Shown: piece by piece, positions 1 through 11,195 of the stretch
Numbering within the stretch: the stretch's first letter is position 1
How the letters are laid out: the number at the start of each line of letters is the position of its first letter
From: Zancudomyces culisetae HAW-14-8
Taxonomy: Eukaryota > Fungi > Kickxellomycota
DNA length: 64,000 nucleotides
Direction: 5' to 3'
Assembly (NCBI GenBank): GCA_052426225.1
Contig: JBNJNM010000021.1
Coordinates: 558,001-622,000, forward strand
Notes under the pieces: model-generated
Databases searched by the model: none
What the model saw: only the letters and a program-made list of their open reading frames with translations
Told to the model about the DNA's origin: nothing
Program-made: the position numbers and the translations under genes

Positions 1-348
1 TTCACATGTAATCATAAAACAATTTGGCCAAAGTGATGTTTTTTACTAAAATTTGTAGATGACCTCGGTATTCAGAGTTAGGCGGGTTAGTTGAGGAATA
101 TCGAATCAACCAATAAAAGGTGTTTTTTCAGGTTTAGACAAAGAAAAAAATACGGAAAAGCATGATCCCTCTTTTCGTGTTTTTTTTTGTCATTAGACTT
201 TTTTTTTAATGGATTTTTAGATTTAATGTAGTATTTACATATTTAGTTGCTAGTATAATAAATATTTACAAGTAAAATACTAAAATAAACATAAAAACTT
301 GTAGAATCAAAATCAAAGCAGCATACATAATTCCTGCAAGTTATAAAG

Positions 349-1577
349 ATGAGTATAAAGGGTACAAGGCGAATGAAGGTAAATAGCAACAATATCTATT
401 ATTTATAAATTTTTATTGTTGAATATTATCATCAAATTTGAAAAAAGCTGAGAATTCCACAATTCAATGAAAAAATATTACACCAATCTACAACACCCTC
501 AAAGAATGAAAAGAAATGTTAACGAGTAACTAAATAAGAATAAACTCTATAATAGGGAGTGGTCATAAGCAGACCGATTATATATGGAAACATAGCAACC
601 GAAATCGTGCCAAAAAAATCAGATCATACACATTCTTGGACAGTATTTGTGAAGGCGGCTGATGGAACAGATTTGAGTCATATTATTAGCAAAGTGGAGA
701 TTAAATTACACGAGACATTTGTAAATAGCAATAGAGGTAAACGATTACGAGTTACATTTCAAGAATACATGAATTATTCTTTTTTCAAGCCATTTTAATA
801 CTAAGTTTTAAAAGTAAAAAATAAACAAATTCTGAAACTAAAAGTGATATATGTTTATATATATGGCGATAAATAGTAATAAAAAATCCACCGTTTCAAG
901 TATCAGAAACCGGTTGGGGCGAATTCGAAGTGATAATCAAAATATCTTTCCCGCCGTGTTCAGGAGAAAAACAAATCTCGTTATACCATATGCTGAAACT
1001 GTATCCACCAGCCATACCGTCACCTTCTGGTGGAGGGTCACAAAAGGATACACAGGGATTGGCATTACAAGCATCGCATCAGGCAGCAGCGACATCTGCG
1101 GCGGCGTCTGCAGGATCGGCGGGTGTATCGCAAGGTTCTGGGGGGTTTGGAGGTGATACAGTCAAGGGATCGAGTTACTGGCCTAAGGGAAAGCCGGTAT
1201 ACAATATATTTTATGATGAACTGGTAAGAAGAAAGAAAGAAAAAAGTATATATTCATGTGAATTGAGGATGATTTTAGTTTTATGGTATTAATGAGATTT
1301 GGTGGTGGCGGATTATGTTTTATAGGTTTTTAGTGATCCTACACCAGAATTTTACGAGTTACTGACCAAGAATAAGAGTCCAGGAATTCCGAAAAAGATC
1401 AGTAATGAACATCCATACAGTTTGGAACTTGAAGTCAAAGAAGCCAAGGCATTAGACGAAGCTATTGAAAAGACCAAAGAGTTATTGCGTGAATATCAAC
1501 TGCAATTGGATGTTATGGACAAGAAAGTCTCGCAGCTGAATCGCGAGATTGTAGAGTTGGAAAAACATCAACGATAA
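349..1577 (+). CDS. YAF9: YEATS-domain protein Yaf9/GAS41 (NuA4/SWR1 subunit), 4 exons
   Basis: Exons 349-378, 556-736, 877-1223, 1326-1577 with GT..AG introns join in frame: [62 protein letters not shown], followed by a C-terminal coiled coil. Confidence 0.93.
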
Positions 1578-1794
1578 AAATAGAGTTTTTTTAGCCAGTT
1601 TTTTTTAGTATATTGAGATATTTATATAATGAGTAGGTGTGAAAAAAAAAGGAAAAGAAAAGAAAAGAAAAGATAAAATAGAGGAAATCAAGAGAGACTA
1701 AAAAGAAAACAGGTGTTTGTTGTATTTTTAAAAAAGCCAAATAAAAATAAAGGAAATAAAATAAAATGAAATAAAATGAGAGAAAAAAAAAGGA

Positions 1795-4700
1795 TTATGC
1801 AAGTAAAGGTGAAGAGAAAGAAGGAGTAGCTGGGGTTTGGGCAGGAGGATTAGTTTGGGAGTGAGATTTAGTGAGGGTAAGTTTTTGGGCCTGGGAAATC
1901 TTATCACCAAGACTAAGAGCAATTCCTTGAGTCTTGCTACGAATGCGAATGTGGCCAGTAACAGGACTTGTAGGACCAACCTTTTCCAAGCTAACATTCA
2001 TAAGAGAATCCTCACCAAAGATGGAGCGAGCATAAAGATTGGCAGCAAGGAATCCACAATCGTTTTCAATGTCATCACAAAGGTTTGACTGGGGAGTAAG
2101 GCAAGCCATGTTTGTGGATTTGATGAGGAGGTCAAGATATTGACGCAAATCGCAAATACTGGTAAGAACATTGATTTTATTTTCCCATTCAAACTCGGAC
2201 CACATAGAGAAGAACTTGGCTTCATCACAGAAGGCAGGGCGTATGTACTCAAGAATGTCGATGTGCAGGTCATTAAAGACAATGCAATGAGATTCGGAGG
2301 TGGAAGGACCATCGTAAACCAGGTCGCCAAAGATGACACCGGTTTCGGTAGAAGAAACCTTGATAACAGCCTTAACGGAAGAGAACGAACGGGGAGCAAG
2401 GTTGTATGAACGGGGCTTTTCAACCAGCTTGAGGTCGCCCAACATAGAAAACTCGATGGTAACATTGCGCAGAGTGTCGTTTGTTTGGTTGACAACCAAC
2501 ATATCCAGCACAATATCGTATTGATGCACAGTTAGGTAAGTCTCGACGTAGACGGGATCGCTGAAACCAGTGAGTTGGACAATGTTGTCGAGTTTAGTGA
2601 CGCTGCCGCCAAGTGCATTTTCAGGGAGTTCTGAAGCGACCAAATCGACATCTTCGACATCGTTTGCAGGACCCTTTGGCGCCAACAAACGGAACTCGAT
2701 TGGAGAGCTAATATCAGTATCCACCTGTTTGGTTGAAACTTCCTTGGTCTGCATTTCTCGTTCTTCCCGAGCTTTAATCAATTTAGCAAATGCGTCGTGC
2801 GACTCTTCCAAAAACGCAAGCTGTAGATCTTCATAATCATCGTCCATAAACTCAAGTGCTTTGATGCATGAAAGCACACGATCATACGAATCCTCATCGA
2901 TTGGAGCTGGTACAAATGTGGATTGTCCAACACGCACCACGCCAACCATTACCAGCATAGCCTGTGCGACCAGTGAGTTGAGTTGAGTGTCTTGTGGGTT
3001 CAGTTTGGCCAACCGCAACGTCAGCTTGGTCAGTACGCTTGCTAACACCACCCCAACAAAGTAGTCGCCCTCAAGCAACAGCTGTCGAATGTTGTGTTTT
3101 ACAAGCATAGTAGATGTCTTGGATGCTTTGGTGTCCAAGACAGATTCTGTGGCGTATGAGCCATCTGCCAGTACACGCCTGGACGAAGACCCTGTCTGTC
3201 GTTCACCGTACTCGTCTTGTCCACCATCTGGCATGTCTCCTTGCTGTTCGCGCATTTCTTGTGCCAGCAATGGAAGTTCACCAATCTCGTCCATAATGCA
3301 TTTCCAACTTGCCATAACGGTTTCGAGGTCTTCGGAATATTCTCCCAGCACCCAAAGTGCCATCCGCAACGCTTTGCTTCCCTTGATTTCTGGGAGCGTA
3401 CTCAACAAATCTTTAATCAACTCTCCCCGCAGAGCTGGAAACTTCTCTGTCACTTCGCTCATAAACGCTATCGCATCGGCTGCTGATGCTGTTGAAAATT
3501 CGCTGATTACGCCTAAAAATAGCTTCACCACCTGCTCTGCTATCTCGGGGAAACTAGCTGCGCAGCTATGAATTGTTTGCACCAAAAGCCCACGATACTC
3601 GCCGGCTATCTCGCTTTCGCTATTCATTGTATCCTTCAACTCCTTCTTCAAGATACCAATCACCTCATTAACGTTTCTCTGGCTTGTAAGAACCATCACT
3701 ATCTTCAAACACTTGTTCTTCACCTCAATTCCTGAGTTGCTCAACACCTTCAACAAATCTACCGCCAAGTCGTCCAGTATTCCTCCGTGTCGCTCTCTGA
3801 GCTTGTCAAAATGATCTAACGCTATCAACTTGACATTATTATCCGATTCTGTCGTTATCAGCTGAATATATGCTGTTCCCGCTGCTTTGATAACGGCTGC
3901 GCTGCTGGTAAGTGTTACTATCGTGTTTGCCGCTTCAAATTTGACCATTCCAAGTGGTGACTGAAGCATCTCGAACACTATCTTTATAAACTTCCCCTTT
4001 AGCGCGCTGTGTGACCTGAACGTTCTCTGTATCATCTCAATAATCGCCAACTGGATATATGCGTCGAAACTCCCTATCACTTGCATTGACTCCATCACCC
4101 AGTTAATTGCTGTCTCTGGTGCATTCTGTTGAAGAAAGATCAACGCATTTCGCTTGCACGTAACATCTGGCTCCGCAATCAAGAATGAGTATATCAACTC
4201 TGGTGCATCTGGAATCAAATGTGGCAAGTTCTTATAAATGCTACTCATTGCCAAAACTGCGTTTCTACGTACATATCCATGACGATGCTCCAAACATTCT
4301 CTTATGGGCCCAACCAACGGCTCCAAAATCTCTTGTTCGCTTAATCTGCACAAAAATCTCAAAGTGGCTCCTCTGATGTACTCGTTTGAATGTCTCAAAT
4401 CATTTAATAACGCATTACTATTTACATTAAAGGCATTGTATTTCTTTTTTAATTTGTCTTTATCAATATTTTACATTTTTCTAGTGATTCTACCCCACTC
4501 AATTAAATTATACTCATTATTACTTACCAAATCAGTATAGTCTCTTGCTTAAGTTTTCCATCTTCGTTATATTTTGGACATACTTCCCAGTAAAACAACA
4601 GCAACTTCTTCAGTTTCTTGTTTTTTGTGGGCATAACAAATCTAATCACATGCATCAGCAACGAGTCATACTTTTCCCCATTCAATGTGCCAATTATGAT

Positions 4701-4826
4701 CTTTTCAAGTGCCTCTTGCTTGATATCGTCAGTACCTCTTTCCAGATCTCGCTTCAATGTCTGAAGATTGGGTATTTCTAAATCCGAGCGCTGCTCGACC
4801 AGCGCATAACACAGATTTTGTGCCAT
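1795..4826 (-). CDS. SEC26: Coatomer subunit beta (COPI beta-COP), 2 exons
   Basis: Exon 4826-4528, intron 4527-4418 (GTAAGT..TAG), exon 4417-1795. Join gives [29 protein letters not shown]. Also QLTGFSDPVYVE, MWSEFEWENK and IRIRSKTQGIALSLGDKI. Confidence 0.97.
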
Positions 4827-5134
4827 CTTTTGTATTTGTCCTTTTCTTTGTTCTTTTTTTTTTACTTTTATGTTTTGTATTAATTGTTATTCTCTGCAAA
4901 AATAAAGTGCAACAATTTGTTACTTTTTTTTTCTTGAGTTAAAAGTACTTTTCTAATTTGACTTTTTTTGTGTTTGCCTAATGTAAGTTCAAGCCTTTAT
5001 AGAGTGTTTACTACTTAACAAAATAACAAAAAAAAAAGAAAAATACAAACAATAACAATTTCTTCAACTATTCAGTATTAAAACGAGCCTTTTTTTTTTG
5101 TTTTAGTTTTTAACACCTTTAAATAACCACTATA

Positions 5135-6105
5135 CCTGTAAGTAAGCAAATAGAAATTGCATCTTTGTGCAAGCAAATAATATTCTTCCAAATATTTCCA
5201 CTAGTCTACATTTTTTTAATTATTTTTTCCCACCCGCTATATATTTTTTTTAACTGATTTAGTTGCAAACTCACAAATAAGTAAAGAAACACAAGGATAT
5301 AAGAAAAACGAGATAGTATAGAATACATACTGGCAACGCCAACAGAACAAATCCATAACGACAGGAGAGCTGTGTGGTTAATCAAAAAATAAGAATATAT
5401 CAGTGGAATGGAGATGAATCAGTGGAAACAGCCAACATTTGATGTTTTATAGTTTGATTTATTATTTGAAAACAGATATGCTTTGACTAAATATTACAAT
5501 ATCATATAGAAAAAAAAACAACACATTAGAAATATTCTAAATAAAAAATAAAGAACAAAAATCATTCAAATGGAGAAACAACATTGAACTATTCCCTGGT
5601 ACTGTGGAAACCTGTAAAGATAACATAAATCAAAATCGATTAGAAAAAGATTCAAGAGTTGTTTGTAGTTGTTGATTGCAGTATTATATATTGAGCCCAC
5701 AAAATTAAATGTGATCAGTTAATAATAAATAGTTTTTTATTTCAAAAGTTGATGTCGATAAGTATTTTCAACTTCAAAGAGCTGGGTTTAAGCAAAAAAG
5801 ATTATCATCATAGAGCTCGAGTTTGAGTTCGTTTTTACTACAACTCATCACCAAAAACCAAAACCACAGCAAAAAAAGATCATAGCCCAGATCCCCATCA
5901 CTTTACTCAATTAGCAAAGCTGGCTAGTTAACAAAGAAAGAAGGCGGGAGTAAGAGTCCTCTTTTTTTCTGTAATGATCAGAACTGTGATACTTGGATGG
6001 TGCACAAGTGTAGAAAAAACTAGTCGAATAGTAGAAAAGACTTACCATATACCATTGAGGGGGAACAATCAGCTGCACAATGTTGGCTGCACCATTGTTT
6101 AGATT
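5135..6105 (-). ncRNA. Putative spliced non-coding snoRNA host transcript
   Basis: TATAAA near 6133; donor GTAAGT 6045 with acceptor TTTACAG 5612; 39-nt exon 5369-5331 bounded by GATTAAC..CACACAG and GTATGT; acceptor TTACAG 5136. Spliced ORFs are 25 aa or shorter. Transcript ends are approximate. Confidence 0.45.
5712..5815 (-). ncRNA. snR69: Box C/D snoRNA, snR69/SNORD35-like (predicted guide for LSU rRNA Cm2948, yeast numbering)
   Basis: Box C ATGATGA at 5811-5805. Guide TAAACCCAGCTC (5790-5779) is the exact 12-nt complement of conserved LSU rRNA GAGCUGGGUUUA. It is followed by T and D'-like TTGA, so the +5 rule points to the C of GAGC. Box D CTGA at 5718-5715. Flanking stem GAGCTC/GGGCTC. 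Confidence 0.75.
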
Positions 6106-6398
6106 AATAGTACACTTTTTTCTATAATTTATAATTAAATCAAAGAGATTATTCTATTCATTTAAATCAATTTATGCAATTTTCAAATGCAAAAAATAAA
6201 AACAAAAAGTACATATATTTGGAAAAAAATTTTATTATCCAAATTCTAGTAAGGGTTGGAAAAAAAAATTATTGCAAAAACGAAACAAGGAAAGAAGAGC
6301 CAGTAATAACTAAAGATTTTCTAATACCACCCTGCTCAATCCCAGGTATTTTCACCACAGTCTTGTTATTATACTTTTTTATTCCTTAGGAAAAATTG

Positions 6399-6450
6399 TA
6401 TACCCAATACCCAATACCCAATACCTAAACCCGATACCCAAACCCGATAC
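6399..6450. repeat. Degenerate heptamer tandem repeat (ATACCCA)n
   Basis: tacccaatacccaatacccaatacctaaacccgatacccaaacccgatac. Confidence 0.7.
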
Positions 6451-6982
6451 AGTATCCAACCAGGACCCCTCCTTCCCCTCCCTCCCCTCACTTATCCGTA
6501 CAGTATAATGTATTGTGACTCGCAGTTGCAGAGCTCTTTTCTTTATCTTAGCAATATAAATAATAAACAAATCAATGGTAACACTGGATTTTGTGCTGAT
6601 TAGTTGGCTGTTTCTAATCCTTTGAGATTAAAAAATCTTTCAAATGTATCAAATTAATTCGACAATGTTTCATTTTCAATTTTGTAAACAAGGAAAATGC
6701 GCCAAAGAAAAGTATAATGCCTTTTTTTTCCCTTTTTTGCGAGTTAGTTGGTAATACTGCATTATTTCAATAAATGTGCCCAGTTGAATGAGTGGAAAAA
6801 AAACTAAGGAAATATTGGAAACAATTAAAAAAAATGATCCTGCAATTTCAACCATTTATCAGCTAGTCAAGAATATTTAAACCTATATTTACTTTTTTTG
6901 GGATGGGTTTGTATTGTATTACCTCAATCAAATACTAAATCATTCTTTTTTTATTGAGAAGGAGCATTCAATTCGGTACAAA

Positions 6983-7896
6983 ATGACTGTCAGCAACGTT
7001 GTAGATTCCGGACTAGTTGGATATGACGAGGAACAGATTAAATTGATGGAGGAGCGATGTATCCTTGTTGATGAAAACGACGTGGCGATTGGTTCCGACA
7101 GCAAAAAGAATTGTAAGTCCTAGCCATATATTTCTTACAGTATGCTGTTACACATTGACTTGATCATACTTGGAAAAAAGCTTTGTGTGTACCTCTTATG
7201 ATACTGTTTTCTAGCGTTTAACTTTTATTTCTTTCAATCACTTGTCAGAAGTAAGGCGAGAGTAAAAAACCAGCAGCTTGATTAACACACTTCAATTAAA
7301 ACTACAACGAATAAATAGGTCACTTAATAACCCCAACACAAGAGGGCAAGCTTCATCGAGCCTTTAGTGTGTTTTTGTTTGATAGTCAGAACCGATTATT
7401 GTTGCAGCAGCGTTCAGAGGAAAAAATAACATTTCCAGATTACTTTACAAACACTTGCTGCTCGCACCCACTTGATTTGCCAAATGAAAAAATAGAGAAG
7501 GATCAACTTGGTGTTAGGTTGGCAGCCCAACGCAAACTAAACCATGAGCTCGGTATTCCAAAAGAATCAATAAACATCGCTGACTTCAAATACCTGACTC
7601 GGATCCACTACAAGGCCAATAGTGATGAAAAGTGGGTCGAACACGAGGTCGATTACATTTTGATCTTAAAGGGCGACTATGAGCTGCATGTCAATGAGAA
7701 CGAGGTCAAGTCGGTGCGGTATGTTACTGAAGACGAGTTGAATGCTATGTTTAACGAGGCCAGTACACCTGGTTCGAATCTTCTTCTTACCCCATGGTTC
7801 AAGCTGGTTTGCCAAAACTTTTTATCCAAGTGGTGGAAAAAGATCGACAACCTTAATGAGGTTGAGGAGGATAGTACGATTTATCATATGGTTTAA
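6983..7896 (+). CDS. IDI1: Isopentenyl-diphosphate delta-isomerase type 1 (Nudix fold), 2 exons
   Basis: Exons 6983-7112 and 7319-7896: [70 protein letters not shown]. Confidence 0.97.
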
Positions 7897-10800
7897 TATC
7901 GTGTGTATTGTGTTTTAATGGATATTTTTTCTTTAATATAAATAATAATAAAATATTGTGAACCCATCTTTTCCATTTTTAAGGAAGAGTGGGTTGTGGA
8001 TTGGATTGTAGCCGTTACGCTGTGAGGGGGGGGGGGGGGTCATGTAATGTATAAAATGTCCGAAAGTGATGTGTGCTCGGGCTAAAATAAGTATTTACAC
8101 ATGAACTCCTTGAAAAAAAAAGTTATGTTATTATTCAATGATAACTGGGAACAAATGAATAGAAAGGAGCGTTCAAAATAACGAAATACTGGTTCAATAG
8201 GAACTAGCATAGATATTTGTAAACTAGGTGAACCTAAAATGTTTATGTTCAAGCGTACCAGCTTATTGCATTTACTCAAGAACCGAAATAATAGAACATA
8301 GATGGATAGATGAATATACATTTGAGAATAGCGAAAAGATAAGGTGCTGGGCCAGTTATGGTACGATAAAAAGAAGTGGCTGAATATTTATAAGCGATTA
8401 AATGAGTTGCACAATACGAAGAATATTTTTTAGGGAGAGGGAGAGGGAGAGAGGGGAGGGGAAATGAGAGGAGAGATGAAATTGTAGTTATAATAAAAAG
8501 AAATGCTAATTTCTAAAGAGGAGAGAGGATTTCGTTTATTCTATTATTTTTAATAACTGGGATTAATGCAGACAAAAAAAAAGGTTTGAGAAAAAGTGAG
8601 AGGGTTGAAAAGAGGGAAAAGGGGTGGATATAATGGTAGGTGTAGATGCTGATGATATATTACTGTTCTTTCTGTATCATTAAAGGTTTAAAAAGAAGTG
8701 TTGCACGCTAAAAAAAGAAACTGGTAAAGAAAAACCGGAATATATAGTTTGGTTTCTTTAAGATTTCTATTAGACGAAAGAAAAAAGAGACCTTCCCCCC
8801 CCCAAAAAAAATACTGACAAATGGAATCTTGGTAGAGTCGCGTGTTTCAGGATATCAACCTATCCCCCAATACTCTTTTTGTTCTTCCAGTAATTCCAGG
8901 ATGTTTTACTCGCTGATATAAATAACTAGTGTATTATTGTGGAGGGAAAAACATGTTAAAAATGATTGTTAGGGTCAAGGTCAGGGGGGATCAGGTCTGG
9001 GGTTAATCCGGATTTGTACGCTTGCTACCAGCTCATTTACCGTTCCTTGTCCGCCCTCGCGTTTTTCGTCGTATTATGGTGGCGTTACTACTTTACACGC
9101 TATTATTTCTGCCAATGATTTACCTTGTAGGATTGTATTGAGATTAAGGCAAGTAATATATAATGTTGCATAAATCCGAACCTGTTCCTAGTCAAATGCG
9201 ATAAAGAAAAAAAGAAAGGCAAAAGTAACCATCAAAGCAATTGGACAAAAGTCAAAAATTGTGGTGTTTTTTTTTTATGTACTTGTTACTTTTGTTCAGT
9301 AATGCTTTGATGAAGATAGTAGTGGTTTGATAAACCTAGGATTGAGAGGTGTAAATGAATGCAATGGATTCAGAGTGAATGCTATCCATCCGTTGATACA
9401 AAAGGAATCTCTACAAAAAGCCCTTTTAGCAGAAAAGAAAAGAACAAACTGTAAAAACGAAAAAATCCAAGGGAAAAAAACCCCATTTTTCTTTACAAAG
9501 CTGGCAATGTGATGTTAAAACATTATTGTCATTATTCGATTTGTTCACACAAAAAAAAACGTAATAAGGCAAAAAGAGATAATTATGCTACAGCAACATT
9601 AAACCTCAGGTGAGATTTTATTTTTCATATGGGTAATACCAAAAATCTTCAAGAAAAGAGTGAGCATGTCAAGAAGAAAACGTAACAGTAAAAGAAAAGT
9701 GCGAGTTACAACCCATGCTTTAAGGCTTATGTTAGGTGGAGCTTTTCACTTTAAATGTTCATTCCGTTTTTGTTGGCTTCCATATAGATGAAGCAATAAT
9801 GCTGGCAGGCAAAAAAAAAAACAAGATTACTAGAATGGGCTAAAATACTCAATTGGTTAAAACATTTTACACTTTGAAAATTTACCCTTTTATTTTAGAC
9901 AGTTGATACTTTAGAAAGTGCAAAAAAAAAGGAGGGGGAATGGCTCTGAAACTTTTAGAGCATGTAAAGAATTAAAAGAGAGGAAGGAAATAAAGAAAAA
10001 ACTTACCATTTTTTTCACACATAAATTACACGAGTTGAATTAGTATAATGTAAATCAAGAAGTAATCACGTTTAATTATTTACACAACTGCATTCATATA
10101 ACATTTGTATTAGTATATATACATGTACGACGTTCAATACGAGAAAAGTACAAGAAAATAAATTCATCTCATGTTATTGGTATATACAAGCAAACATATT
10201 TTACATAAACTCAACTTTTAAACCCAAACTACAAACAACTTACGCATCAAATTAAAGCCAGAAAGGGCATGCGGAAGTTATCGATATCATAACTCATAAG
10301 ACAGTTACATAATATCACTGTAATAAAAGCAAAGCGAGGTTGTAGAAAAAGACAACACGGTAATTACCTATTTATCAGATAATAGCGACGAAAGTGATTT
10401 GCGGCAAAAATACGTGTACATTAGTAACATATAAGGGGAATATTTTTGACTTATCCGGGATTATTAATTGCACATAAATAAAAAGGGTCTAGCAAATTAA
10501 GAGACGGACGGATAAAAAAAAAATCTTGTAATAGTATAGCAAACGGAAAAAAAAAAGTTGTGACCCATTTGGAACCTGGGTAATAAATACAAGTCTTGAG
10601 TATATCCCTTTTTTCATCCAACTTTTCATCGCAAATAAATACATACATATATTTTGTTGGGATTTGTACTAGGAAAAATACTAGATATAATATATATGCA
10701 CAACAAGGGATTGCACTAAACAACAATTATTATTGTTATTGTTACAGCATATATAACAATACTCATAAGATCAGAATCCATAAAAAAAACATATCTCCCC

Positions 10801-11195
10801 AACTATCTTTTTCCTCTGGCTTGGACTCTTCTTTACAAAATAAAGATCAAAACAAGTAGCTAAGCAGTAGTAAGATATTTGATACAAGCGTTAAAAGGTA
10901 AGAGTATAATTTATTGCGAGATAAATATAAAACACTTTGGGTTTTAAACGTTAATATCAGTTTTATACTTATAAAAGTATGGAGGTATATCGTTAAAAGA
11001 AAGATTAAAATGATTAATAGGAAAATTCTTTGATGTATAAAGTATCCAAAAATTAATATATGAGGAAAGGATTTTTTTTGTAAAAAAAAAAAAAAAAACA
11101 AATATTAAACAAGGGAAACAGGATAGACTCATCCAAACCACAATTTATTTTGTATTAATACAACGAAATATTGTGAAGAAACAAAAAAAAAAGGG

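Noticed and set aside
5437-5540. snR30/U17-like m1 (ATATTTCTA) and m2 (AAACTAT) motifs
   Set aside because: Both are mismatched, spacing to ACA is wrong, and there is no enclosing stem.
5859-5870. GCTGTGGTTTTG (minus strand) complementary to LSU rRNA CGAAACCACAGC as a second guide
   Set aside because: No adjacent D or D' box, and it is paired within the long intronic hairpin.
5566-6095. Possible selenoprotein: ATG..TGC AGC TGA TTG.. (MVQPTLCS-U-LFPLNGIW..) across the host exons; some early-diverging fungi use Sec
   Set aside because: The peptide is about 31 aa, resembles no selenoprotein family I know, and I saw no SECIS. The sequence is better explained by RNA pairing.
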